Below are positions 1 through 8,714 of a stretch of DNA of 32,000 nucleotides, in pieces. Location: the NCBI RefSeq assembly GCF_000621645.1, contig NZ_JHXR01000014.1, forward strand, positions 136,748-168,747, given 5' to 3'. Source of the stretch: Vibrio cholerae ATCC 14035. GTDB taxonomy: Bacteria > Pseudomonadota > Gammaproteobacteria > Enterobacterales > Vibrionaceae. Both the position numbers and the translations under genes were made by a program. A model generated the notes under the pieces. That model was not told the DNA's origin and made no database searches. It worked only from the letters and a program-made list of their open reading frames with translations. The stretch's first letter is position 1, and the number at the start of each line of letters is the position of its first letter.

Positions 1-208
1 TCCTTTAACAGCGATGACTTTCCCCGTTTAACAGTTAGCAGAGACGCGAGTCGCCAGCTTTACTTATGAGGGAATAATGAATGGCGAACATTCTAACCAC
101 GGATTATGTGATGGCAAGCAACCCATTTGTAAATTGTTGTTGATGACAGATAAAGTTTTTAGAAACATGCCGATAAACTATAAGAAGTTCAATAACTGAG
201 TGTTTGAG

Positions 209-823
209 ATGAAATTCTGGGTGTTGTGCGTGACGTTTTTGCTAACAGGATGTGGTTCGCTGGTGACTGACCGCATGTTTAACGACAATCTGCTCGATGT
301 TGCCCCGAAAGGCGATTTCGATGTGCGTTATCCAGAGTGGGGTTACGCACCGCAAAAGAACACCAGTGTGATGTCCAATGCAATGACCCAGCAGCGTTCG
401 GCCAGTTACGAAGATTTACGTCAGTATTTATTGAGTAACGGCATTCAGCATGAAGTGGTGCCGGGTGACTACCCGATGATTAAGTTGAACAATACCGTTC
501 GGTTTGAAACAGGTTCAGCGAAAGTCTCTATGGCTTCCAAACAATGGTTAGACACGGTCGCTCGATTTCTCGCTACCGAGTCAGGGATTGATATTGTACT
601 CGAAGGGCATACGGATAATACCGGTTCAGAGAAACTGAACGACAAGTTAGCCGAGCGACGGGCCAATGCGGTCAAAGCGGCTTTAGTACAGAGTCGAGTG
701 GCACAAAATGCCATTTACACTCGTGGATTTGGTGAGAATGTTCCTGCGTGCACCAACAGTACTAAGAATGGCCGAGCATGTAACCGCCGAGTAGAGATCC
801 GTTTCATCCTCGCGTCTAATTAA
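209..823 (+). CDS. OmpA-family lipoprotein (OmpA C-terminal peptidoglycan-binding domain)
   Basis: Same frame as track ORF 200..823. I place the start at ATG 209 because the track start at 200 is GTG. The N-terminus MKFWVLCVTFLLTGC carries a lipobox (LLTG|C). The C-terminal half (NTVRFETGSAKV...LEGHTDNTGSEKLNDKLAERRANAV...NRRVEIRF) is the classic OmpA-like motif set. Confidence 0.85.
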   Translation: MKFWVLCVTFLLTGCGSLVTDRMFNDNLLDVAPKGDFDVRYPEWGYAPQKNTSVMSNAMTQQRSASYEDLRQYLLSNGIQHEVVPGDYPMIKLNNTVRFETGSAKVSMASKQWLDTVARFLATESGIDIVLEGHTDNTGSEKLNDKLAERRANAVKAALVQSRVAQNAIYTRGFGENVPACTNSTKNGRACNRRVEIRFILASN

Positions 824-881
824 GGTTAATATTCAGTGTCTCTCTTTTGAGACTGTTCGCAGAACAAATCGAAATATCGCA

Positions 882-925
882 AGAGTGGAATTTCATAGCA
901 TGAGGTTCCGCTCTTTATTCTTTTC
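882..925 (+). terminator. Putative rho-independent terminator after the OmpA-family gene
   Basis: A 9-bp stem, AGAGTGGAA (882-890) with TTCCGCTCT (906-914), includes one G-U pair and has a 15-nt loop. It is followed by the T-rich tract TTATTCTTTTC. Confidence 0.45.
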
Positions 926-1056
926 TAAGTATTAACCCTAGTGTTTTTGATGTAATTCACGTTTGCGTTGCCCACGAGTCTCCAGAGTTTGAGTTTTTAA
1001 TAACAAGTGTGTATACATTTGCGCTCATAAAAATAACCGAAGAACAACAAGCCGAA

Positions 1057-2619
1057 ATGTCAGCCTATACTCCCTCTGCTCAACAAGAAGTCCTTGTCGG
1101 CGACCATGACCAATTGGTATCAACGACGGATTTAAAAGGTGTCATCACCTACTGTAATGATACATTTTGTCGTATTGCTGGGTTCCAAGCCGATGAGCTG
1201 CTAGGAAAAAATCACAATATCGTTCGCCATGCTTCGATGCCGAAAGCGGCGTTTGCCGATATGTGGCACCACCTTAAGCAAGGGCATGCTTGGCGCGGAA
1301 TCGTGAAGAATCGCACTAAATCCGGCGGGTTTTACTGGGTTGACGCCTATGTAACGCCGATTTATCAACAAGGCCAACTTACAGGTTATCAATCGGTTCG
1401 GGTAAAAGCTGAGCGAAAGTGGGTAGAGATTGCCACCAAAGCCTACCAAGCGTTATTAGTGGCTGAAAAGGCCGGTAAAAAAATCCAATTTAAGCTGCAT
1501 ACTTCGCTGCGTTACGCCTTGTTGCTCGGTGCATTGATGTCACCAGCATTGGCACATGGGTTTCAAGCTCCTGAACAGTGGCAATGGTTAGCCAGTCTTT
1601 TACCAGCGGGAGTATTAGGTTTGTTGTTTCGGCAAGAGCTAGTGCGTACCCCGCAACAGCTCAAACAGTGGCAAAACGAGTATGACAGTATCAGCCGTTT
1701 GATCTATTCGGGCGCTGATGCTTTTTCTGTTGCCGACTACCATCTAAAAATGGCTTCCGCTCGGATCCGTACCATTCTCGGTAGAATGATGGACTCGGCG
1801 CGTCCATTGGGTGAACTGGCCAATCAGCTGCATTTGACGACGCAAGAAGTGCATCAAGCGTTGGCGGCACAAAACAGCAACATCCAAGCCGTAACGCAAG
1901 CCACCGATGCTGTCGAGAGCGCCGCTGAGCGGGTTTCGAGCCATACTCACTCGGCTCATCAATTGATTGATCAAGTGCAAAATCATTGTGCCGAGACCAA
2001 ACACAGCATCAATGTCACCCATCAGAATTTACAGCGACTGGCTACGCAAGCTGAGAGTGCTGCCTTGACGACACTAAAACTGAGCGATCAAGCGCAGCAG
2101 GTCGGGCAATTAATGACTGAAATTGGCGGGATTGCTGAGCAAACCAATTTACTGGCGCTGAATGCTGCGATTGAAGCCGCTAGAGCGGGTGAACAAGGTC
2201 GAGGGTTCGCCGTTGTGGCGGATGAAGTGCGCGCATTATCGGCTCGTACTCAGCGTGCCACACAGCAGATCCAAACCAGCATTGATACTATGTTGTCCAC
2301 TATTGAAGCGTGGCGAGGGGATATCACTGCAAGTCGTGATCAAACCGAGCAGTGCGCTCAAGATGCGAATACCACGCTGCAGCAGTTGCAGGATGTAGAA
2401 TGCGTAATGAGTGACATGCTGCGAGTTATCGGTGAGGTCGCGAGTGCTGCGCAACATCAACGTGAGCTCACCTGCGAGGTTAACCAACATATCCACTCTA
2501 TCGCCAGTGTGGCAACGCAAAATTCCGCGGCCACCCATACCGTAGAACAGTTAGCGATGGCGATGAGCGGTAAAGTGGCAGAATTTGGAGCGCTTTCGAA
2601 GCAGTTTGCACAAAAATAG
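1057..2619 (+). CDS. aer: Aer-like aerotaxis/energy-taxis receptor (N-terminal PAS, membrane hairpin, methyl-accepting signalling domain)
   Basis: Same frame as track ORF 1009..2619. I prefer ATG 1057 (MSAYTP...) over GTG 1009. The PAS core is [81 protein letters not shown] hydrophobic hairpin follows ([16 protein letters not shown]...[11 protein letters not shown]). The MCP hairpin tip [35 protein letters not shown] is highly conserved. Confidence 0.9.
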   Translation: MSAYTPSAQQEVLVGDHDQLVSTTDLKGVITYCNDTFCRIAGFQADELLGKNHNIVRHASMPKAAFADMWHHLKQGHAWRGIVKNRTKSGGFYWVDAYVTPIYQQGQLTGYQSVRVKAERKWVEIATKAYQALLVAEKAGKKIQFKLHTSLRYALLLGALMSPALAHGFQAPEQWQWLASLLPAGVLGLLFRQELVRTPQQLKQWQNEYDSISRLIYSGADAFSVADYHLKMASARIRTILGRMMDSARPLGELANQLHLTTQEVHQALAAQNSNIQAVTQATDAVESAAERVSSHTHSAHQLIDQVQNHCAETKHSINVTHQNLQRLATQAESAALTTLKLSDQAQQVGQLMTEIGGIAEQTNLLALNAAIEAARAGEQGRGFAVVADEVRALSARTQRATQQIQTSIDTMLSTIEAWRGDITASRDQTEQCAQDANTTLQQLQDVECVMSDMLRVIGEVASAAQHQRELTCEVNQHIHSIASVATQNSAATHTVEQLAMAMSGKVAEFGALSKQFAQK

Positions 2620-2644
2620 GCTCGAGGAAGGGCATAGCCGATTC

Positions 2645-2701
2645 TGAGCCCAAAAGAAAAAAAAAGAGAAAAAGACAAATGGCCACGTTATGTGGCCATT
2701 T
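2645..2701 (-). terminator. Rho-independent terminator of glpD, possibly bidirectional and also serving the chemoreceptor gene
   Basis: A perfect 10-bp stem, AAATGGCCAC (2677-2686) with GTGGCCATTT (2692-2701), has a 5-nt loop. The plus-strand A-run at 2645-2676 becomes the T-tract on the minus strand. It lies between convergent genes. Confidence 0.7.
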
Positions 2702-2724
2702 CAGTTTCAGCGAGTGCTTGGATT

Positions 2725-4263
2725 TTACACGGTCGCTTTTAGCGGCTGATCAGCGTGGAATTTCTGCTGTAAATAGGACTCCACTTCCTCAACCACACTT
2801 GTATCGTGATTTAAGCCGAGTTTGCTTCTGCGCCAGAAAATATCTTGTGCATGGCGGGCAAACTCTTTCTCACACAGATAATCGATCTCTTTTTGGTAGA
2901 GCTCACCGCTGAACGCGATGCCGAGATCTTCAATGCCTGTCACACCTGCCAAAAGTTGCGTGGTGCGGCTGCCATAGCTGCGTAACCAACGCTCAATCAC
3001 TGACTCAGTAATAAAAGGAAAGGCCACCACCAGCTGGTTTTTTAAGGCTGCATAGTCAAAGTTTTCACCACCTGGCAGAGGAGCATCCTCTGTCCAAGGG
3101 GCTTTCATTTTCGGGAAGAAAGGGGCGAGATGTTTCATCGCCGCTTCGCCTAGTTTGCGATACGTCGTGAGTTTGCCACCAAAAATGGACAGCAGCGGCG
3201 CTTCATCAGCTTGTTGATCCAGAGACAGTGTATAGTCACGAGTAATGGCCTGTGGCGAGTTCGATTCGTCATCGCACAGTGGGCGTACACCACTGAATTC
3301 AGCAATGATGTCTGAACGCGCGATTTCGCGCATAAAATGTTTGTTCACAATCGAAATCAAATAATCACGCTCAGCATCGGTAATCGCCACTTTTCTTGGG
3401 TCGCCTTTGTATTCGACATCGGTTGTGCCAATCATCGAGTAGGCATCAAGATAAGGGATGACGAAGACAATGCGTTTATCTTCATTTTGCAGAATATACG
3501 CCTGCGGCTCATCGTGAATGCGCGGCACGATAATGTGTGAGCCTTGGATTAAACGAATGCCGTAAGGGGAACTGACGTGAGCATTCTCGTTTAAAAACTG
3601 CTTTACCCAAGGGCCTGCGGCATTCACAAGTGCATGACTACGGCGCTCAAAGCGTTGTTGAGTCTGCTCATCCAGTAGCGTCACATGCCATAAATCGCCC
3701 ATACGCTCAGCTTTTTCGACGGTGCAGTAGTTCAACACTTCTGCCCCTTGTTCTTGAGCTTGCATGGCGTTGAGGATAACTAAACGAGCATCGTCAACCC
3801 AGCAATCGGAATACTCAAAACCAATTTGCATTTCAGGTTTCGTCACGCTGCCCGCTTTTAAGTTGACTTTGTGACTTGCAGGTAGGGAAGTGCGTTTGCC
3901 CAAATTATCATAAAGAAACAGACCAGCGCGGATCATCCATGCTGGGCGTAAGAAAGGACGATGTGGCAAACGAAAACGCATCGGCGTTACGATGTGCGGT
4001 GCTTTTTTCAAAAGCACTTCGCGTTCCGCCAGTGCTTCACTGACTAAGCGAAATTCATAATGTTCTAAATAGCGCAAACCACCGTGTACCAGTTTTGAGC
4101 TGGCAGAAGAGGTTGCACTGGCAAAATCTTTGGCATCGTATAAGCCAACTTTTAATCCCCGCCCTGTTGCGTCTGCGGCAATGCCAGCGCCATTAATGCC
4201 ACCGCCAACAATAATCAAATCGAGCACTTCATCTTGGGTAAAACGTGTTGAGCGAGCATTCAT
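2725..4263 (-). CDS. glpD: Aerobic glycerol-3-phosphate dehydrogenase (FAD-dependent)
   Basis: 512 aa. FAD-binding N-terminus DLIIVGGGINGAGIAADATGRGLKVGLYDAKDFASATSSASSKLVHGGLRYLEHYEFRLV. Full-length GlpD-like pattern. GGAGA ribosome-binding site upstream of ATG 4263. Confidence 0.95.
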   Translation of the reverse strand: MNARSTRFTQDEVLDLIIVGGGINGAGIAADATGRGLKVGLYDAKDFASATSSASSKLVHGGLRYLEHYEFRLVSEALAEREVLLKKAPHIVTPMRFRLPHRPFLRPAWMIRAGLFLYDNLGKRTSLPASHKVNLKAGSVTKPEMQIGFEYSDCWVDDARLVILNAMQAQEQGAEVLNYCTVEKAERMGDLWHVTLLDEQTQQRFERRSHALVNAAGPWVKQFLNENAHVSSPYGIRLIQGSHIIVPRIHDEPQAYILQNEDKRIVFVIPYLDAYSMIGTTDVEYKGDPRKVAITDAERDYLISIVNKHFMREIARSDIIAEFSGVRPLCDDESNSPQAITRDYTLSLDQQADEAPLLSIFGGKLTTYRKLGEAAMKHLAPFFPKMKAPWTEDAPLPGGENFDYAALKNQLVVAFPFITESVIERWLRSYGSRTTQLLAGVTGIEDLGIAFSGELYQKEIDYLCEKEFARHAQDIFWRRSKLGLNHDTSVVEEVESYLQQKFHADQPLKATV

Positions 4264-4283
4264 TTTCTATCTCCACGCTTAAT

Positions 4284-4323
4284 TGTTTTCGTTTTTGTTC
4301 TTTAATGTTCGCATGAAAGCATT
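4284..4323. promoter_or_regulatory. Candidate GlpR (DeoR-type) operator region upstream of glpD
   Basis: Three phased TGTT(TT)CG half-sites at 4284-4291, 4296-4300 and 4306-4311. AATGTTCGCA matches 8/10 of the E. coli GlpR half-site WATGTTCGWT. There is an imperfect palindrome AATGTTCGCA/TGAAAGCATT at 4304-4323, 20-60 bp upstream of the glpD ATG. Confidence 0.35.
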
Positions 4324-4492
4324 AAAACATAGGAATGCGCAATATTTCTACTATGAATTTTGATCTTGATCATAAATGAATGAGGGAAATGGGTGTAATG
4401 AGCGCTCGAATATTCCATTTTTACTGGAGCCGCATGTGTGTGGCTGCTGCACCAATCCGTTTGGGGATGGGATGAGACGTGATGATTCTCTA

Positions 4493-4512
4493 GTTAGGTA
4501 ACGTTCCCGAAA
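4493..4512. promoter_or_regulatory. Candidate ScrR (LacI-family) operator upstream of the fructokinase gene
   Basis: GTTAGGTAAC|GTTCCCGAAA. The right half is identical to the sites at 7369-7388 (reverse complement) and 8590-8609. It is pseudo-palindromic around a central CG, as is typical for LacI/GalR operators. Confidence 0.55.
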
Positions 4513-4660
4513 AAGTAAAGAGAAACTTACTATAGAGATCACAATCTCTATTTAAGCTCACAGAAATGAGCAATTCCTGACCTGAACTCGAATATGGCAG
4601 TTTTCCCACTTGAAGGCTTTGGTTAGACTCAGCTCAAACCACATTTTCAGGAGTGATTCT

Positions 4661-5581
4661 ATGTCAAGAGTATGGCTGACAGGCGATGCGGTGGTCGATC
4701 TGATCCCAGATGGGCAACAGCATTATTTAAAGTGTCCGGGTGGTGCACCCGCTAATGTTGCCGTCGCGATCGCCCGTTTATCCGGTCGCAGTGCTTTTTT
4801 TGGTCGAGTCGGGAACGATCCCTTTGGCCGATTTATGCAACAGACACTCACTGACGAGCAAGTGGATTGCCAGCACTTGCATTTCGACCCCGTACATCGC
4901 ACTTCCACTGTGGTCGTTGACCTTGATGAGCATGGAGAGCGCAGTTTTACCTTTATGGTGAAACCGAGCGCGGATCAATTCCTGCAACTCAGTGATATTC
5001 CCTCTTTTCAAAAAGGCGAGTGGTTGCATGTCTGTTCGATTGCTTTGGCCAATCAACCGAGCCGCAGCTCGACCTTTGCCGCAATTGCGCAAATGAAAGA
5101 GGTGGGGGGATATGTCAGCTTTGATCCTAATCTGCGTGAAGAAGTATGGTCAGAGCCGCAAGAGTTACAGGCCACTGTCATGCGTGCCGTCGGTTTGGCG
5201 GATGTGGTGAAGTTTTCGGAGGAGGAATTACAGTTTCTAACCGGGACTCAGTCAATTGAAGAAGGATTACAGGCGATAGCTGACTTCCAGATCCCTCTTG
5301 TTGTCGTGACATTAGGCGCGAAAGGGGCGCTGGTGGCCACGCCAAACTCGCAGCAAATTGTGTCGGGCAAGGCAGTCAAACCGATTGATACAACGGGCGC
5401 GGGAGATGCGTTTGTTGGCGGCTTGCTCTATCGATTATCCGTGGCGCAAGATTGGCATAACCAAGCCACGATTTTAGATGCCGTCAAATGGGCTAATGGC
5501 TGTGGCGCTTTAGCGACCACACAGAAAGGAGCCATGACCGCACTTCCGAATCAAGCGGCGCTGTATGCCTTTTTAGAATGA
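4661..5581 (+). CDS. scrK: Fructokinase (PfkB/ribokinase family)
   Basis: Same frame as track ORF 4610..5581, whose start is TTG. I prefer ATG 4661, preceded by CAGGAG at 4648-4653. Motifs: WLTGDAVVDL, GGAPANVA, and the C-terminal DTTGAGDAFVGGLL PfkB signature. It lies within the sucrose cluster. Confidence 0.9.
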   Translation: MSRVWLTGDAVVDLIPDGQQHYLKCPGGAPANVAVAIARLSGRSAFFGRVGNDPFGRFMQQTLTDEQVDCQHLHFDPVHRTSTVVVDLDEHGERSFTFMVKPSADQFLQLSDIPSFQKGEWLHVCSIALANQPSRSSTFAAIAQMKEVGGYVSFDPNLREEVWSEPQELQATVMRAVGLADVVKFSEEELQFLTGTQSIEEGLQAIADFQIPLVVVTLGAKGALVATPNSQQIVSGKAVKPIDTTGAGDAFVGGLLYRLSVAQDWHNQATILDAVKWANGCGALATTQKGAMTALPNQAALYAFLE

Positions 5582-5659
5582 AATATGGCTAGAGTGAAGA
5601 TTGACTCTGGCCATATTGACTCTTCGCATAGTGGGATATATCTCTCTGAGATATATCCC
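5582..5659. terminator. Two strong stem-loops between convergent scrK and scrB, probably transcription stops or RNA-stabilising hairpins
   Basis: Hairpin 1 is a 13-bp stem, AATATGGCTAGAG (5582-5594) with CTCTGGCCATATT (5605-5617), including one G-U pair. Hairpin 2 is a perfect 12-bp stem, GGGATATATCTC (5633-5644) with GAGATATATCCC (5648-5659). Neither has a clear T-tract. Confidence 0.4.
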
Positions 5660-5708
5660 CTTGCAACTTGAAGCGGCATATCTGCCACGCCAAGTTGTTT
5701 ATTCAAGG

Positions 5709-7349
5709 CTACACATTCACTTCTAGGTTAAATGGCGCAGATGCAGGAGCCATGTAGTACAGCTTTGCGTCTACGCTCGCGCCATGCAATGAAATACCGG
5801 TTGCATCCAGTGGAGTAAAGATGCGGCTGGTCATCACATGTTCGCCTTGATTGATGAAAATCTCTAATGAGGATTGATCAGCCAAGATGCGCAGCTCAAC
5901 CGTTGGGCTATCGAGCTTCAGCTCCCGAATGGTGTCCCCTTGGCGAATTTGAGTTGCAGAGCGATCGAGGCGTAATAGTCGATTTTCTGCATCTAACGTT
6001 AGCGTGACGCAATACTGCGCATTTTGCATCAAGCGTAGCTCACATCCCCAAGGCAGAGTCACTTGCAGATCAAAGCTCTTGGTTTTTAGCTCAGTGACGG
6101 TGTCACTCAAAAGCAAGGTGTGCGGTTCACTTTGCAGTGTGTCGAGTTCACGCAATGGGTGCTGATAAATCTTGCCTTCACGCCACTCTAGTTCACGGAG
6201 TGCGGTCAGTTGATGAATCCAGCCTTGGTCACAGCTAGGGTGCTGCGTTTCATCGGGTAGCCCCATCCAGCCACACAATACTCGCCGTCCATCGGCAGTT
6301 TGCGCGGTTTGCGGTGCATAAAAATCAAAGCCTTCATCCAGTGGCCAACCCTGCAGTAACGCTATTTCGCCTTGTGCATTCTGGGTCGCTCGAAAGATCC
6401 GATTTTGATGTTCAATGGTGTGATGAGGATTCGCCGATGCGATGCCTTGTGGCCCGAACACAAAAAACGCTTCACCTTGCAGTTCAAACCAGTCAGGACA
6501 CTCCCACATATACCCGTAATCGCCGAGTTCATCGCCATAGAGCTTATCGAAATGCCAATGGAGTAAGTCATCTGAGTGGTAGACCGCCAGTCGCCCTTGA
6601 TGAGCGAGCGTTTGCGCACCAAGCAACATCTGCCACTTTCCTTGGGTGTAAATCACTTTAGGATCGCGGATATGTTCGGTCACGCCTTCAGGTAAACACC
6701 GAATCACAGGTCCTAATTTTTCAAACTCACCATTGGCGTTCATGCGTGCGGCGCACTGCATGGTTTGGCGTTGGCGCTCTGTACCTAAGCGCGTGTTGCC
6801 GGTATAGAAAAGCCACAAATCTTGTTGATGGCTGACCGCATGACCTGAAAATACCCCGTGACTATCAAACCAATCCGAAGGTGTTAGGGCGACCGACTGC
6901 CACTGCCAATGGACTAAATCGAGGCTCTTAAGATGCACCCAGTATTTATCTTTGTGTTCGCAAGCGAAAGGATGCCATTGATAAAAGAGGTGGTATTCCT
7001 CTTGATGATAAATAAAGCCGTTGGGGTCGTTGAGTAAGCCCTGTGGTGGTGAGATATGCCACTGGGGCCGATAAGGGCAGTCTAAGGCTGTTTGATAAGG
7101 GAGCGTTGCCCGCTTTTGGCGCTCGGCAATTGCTTTACCTATCGCGGCGAGTTGCTGATCGGACACTTCAGCAGTGCGTTGGACAGAGAGTTGCCACTCT
7201 CCGAGTACCGATTGCAAACTCACATCATCAGGAAGGTGAGGGGCATGCGGGGGATGTTTTAGTGCCAAAACCACTTGCCCCTGTGGAGCTAAAATGCGCG
7301 TGACATTGTTTATTCCACCCGCGAGTTCGAGCAGCGTATCTAATAACAT
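5709..7349 (-). CDS. scrB: Sucrose-6-phosphate hydrolase (GH32) with an N-terminal extension of about 60 aa
   Basis: 546 aa. GH32 catalytic motifs include WHISPPQGLLNDPNGFIYHQEEYHLFYQWHPF, and RDPKV and WECPD further on. It sits in the scr cluster with a ScrR-type operator 20 bp upstream of its ATG. Confidence 0.9.
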   Translation of the reverse strand: MLLDTLLELAGGINNVTRILAPQGQVVLALKHPPHAPHLPDDVSLQSVLGEWQLSVQRTAEVSDQQLAAIGKAIAERQKRATLPYQTALDCPYRPQWHISPPQGLLNDPNGFIYHQEEYHLFYQWHPFACEHKDKYWVHLKSLDLVHWQWQSVALTPSDWFDSHGVFSGHAVSHQQDLWLFYTGNTRLGTERQRQTMQCAARMNANGEFEKLGPVIRCLPEGVTEHIRDPKVIYTQGKWQMLLGAQTLAHQGRLAVYHSDDLLHWHFDKLYGDELGDYGYMWECPDWFELQGEAFFVFGPQGIASANPHHTIEHQNRIFRATQNAQGEIALLQGWPLDEGFDFYAPQTAQTADGRRVLCGWMGLPDETQHPSCDQGWIHQLTALRELEWREGKIYQHPLRELDTLQSEPHTLLLSDTVTELKTKSFDLQVTLPWGCELRLMQNAQYCVTLTLDAENRLLRLDRSATQIRQGDTIRELKLDSPTVELRILADQSSLEIFINQGEHVMTSRIFTPLDATGISLHGASVDAKLYYMAPASAPFNLEVNV

Positions 7350-7368
7350 GGACTTACCTAACCACTAA

Positions 7369-7388
7369 ATTCGGGAACGTTCTCAATT
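7369..7388. promoter_or_regulatory. Candidate ScrR operator upstream of scrB
   Basis: ATTCGGGAAC|GTTCTCAATT. The left half is the reverse complement of the GTTCCCGAA core shared by the other two sites. It lies between scrB (ATG 7349) and the 3' end of scrR. Confidence 0.55.
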
Positions 7389-7424
7389 TAGCGCTGCAAA
7401 ATCGGTAAAGCAAGTGTTTCATGG

Positions 7425-8417
7425 TTAGACTGGGCAAGTCTCACGTTGAATGTTTTGGAAGGTCAGTACCACTTTACTCATCTCTTGTCCACGTCCGGCG
7501 ATGCGTTCTAATAGCATTTTCGCAGCGTTTTCTCCTGCCTTATCAAAAGCATAGTTAAAAGTGGAGAGTGGGGGATTGCTGACATAAGCCAACTCATCAT
7601 TACCGACACCGAGCAGTTTGACTTGCTGTCCAACGTGAACCCCAAGCTCTTGCAAGGCTTTAATGGCGCCAACCGCTAGCCTGTCGGTGGCACAGAAAAG
7701 GCCATCGAGCTGCGGATAGTCAAGGTAGGCTTGTTTTGCCATTTGGTAGCCCGATTCTATTGAGAAATTACCGCGCGCATGAAACAGCAACGTTTGTTGA
7801 TGGAACCCCAGAGCTTGCTGCAAGCCTTGTGAACGCAGCACATCAACCGCAATGTCATCGCTTTGTACCCCAATGAAACCGATCTTTTTGCAGCCTGCTT
7901 TGACTAAGCGTTGTCCTGCTTCGAAGCCGACACGGTGATCGTCATGCACAATACTGGGAATGTTATACAAAGAGCCATCTTGGCCAACCAAAACCACAGG
8001 TACCGCCGAGTGTTGAATCGCATGAATCAGCGGCTGATCAAGGTGAGTGGCATAAAACACAATACCTTCCACCCGCTTTTGATTAAATATCTGAATATAT
8101 TCAATTTCCTTTGCATGGACTTGATGAGTATTGGCCAGTAAAACATGTTTACCTGCTTGCTCAAAGATAGCGGTAAGTCCATCCACACCTTGCGCTGTTG
8201 CGTGAGAGGAGACGCGCGGCACAATCACGCCAATTAAGTTGGTTTTTTGTGATTTGAGGTCTTTAGCGACTTGATTGACCATATAGCCACACTGCTCAAC
8301 CGCCTTTAACACTTTGATTTTTGTAGACTCTTTAACGCCATATTCATCATTAATGACGCGTGAGACGGTGGACTTAGAGACACCCGCTAAACGGGCGACA
8401 TCATGCAAACTGGCCAT
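7425..8417 (-). CDS. scrR: LacI-family transcriptional repressor of the sucrose regulon
   Basis: 330 aa. N-terminal helix-turn-helix ASLHDVARLAGVSKSTVSRVIN followed by a periplasmic-binding-protein-like sugar-binding fold. It is located between scrB and scrA. Confidence 0.85.
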   Translation of the reverse strand: MASLHDVARLAGVSKSTVSRVINDEYGVKESTKIKVLKAVEQCGYMVNQVAKDLKSQKTNLIGVIVPRVSSHATAQGVDGLTAIFEQAGKHVLLANTHQVHAKEIEYIQIFNQKRVEGIVFYATHLDQPLIHAIQHSAVPVVLVGQDGSLYNIPSIVHDDHRVGFEAGQRLVKAGCKKIGFIGVQSDDIAVDVLRSQGLQQALGFHQQTLLFHARGNFSIESGYQMAKQAYLDYPQLDGLFCATDRLAVGAIKALQELGVHVGQQVKLLGVGNDELAYVSNPPLSTFNYAFDKAGENAAKMLLERIAGRGQEMSKVVLTFQNIQRETCPV

Positions 8418-8589
8418 AACGTATCCTGTAGGCTCAAAAACTGGGATGGATTGCAGAAATCAGTACAGCAATCAAACGAATGATCGGATTTTAACCCCGT
8501 TCTAAGGTTTATCCTCACTAAATTTGGCGATCCTATTCACATTTTCACTGTGTTGATTTTGACCATTACTCCGAAACAGACAAGAATCA

Positions 8590-8609
8590 CTTTGCAAACG
8601 TTCCCGAAA
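8590..8609. promoter_or_regulatory. Candidate ScrR operator upstream of scrA
   Basis: CTTTGCAAAC|GTTCCCGAAA, about 105 bp upstream of the scrA ATG. The right half is identical to the site at 4493-4512. Confidence 0.55.
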
Positions 8610-8714
8610 TTAATATCGAAACCAACGAATCATTCAATTACACAACAACATCCAAACGACTTGGAGCAGGTAATACAGCTTCAAGTTGAAAGGGGATAAC
8701 TACCGGGGTGAGTT

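Noticed and set aside
2645-2676. A-rich run including A9, considered as a slipped-strand phase-variation tract
   Set aside because: It is intergenic and directly abuts a perfect hairpin. It is simply the U-tract of the minus-strand glpD terminator.
4351-4542. 63-aa minus-strand ORF in the glpD-scrK intergenic region
   Set aside because: It has no ribosome-binding site, low-complexity odd composition, and it overlaps the ScrR operator. It is probably non-coding.
8531-8570. CRP-like sequence TGTGTTGATTTTGACC upstream of scrA
   Set aside because: Only the first half matches TGTGA. The second half is 3/5 to TCACA. This is too weak to call.
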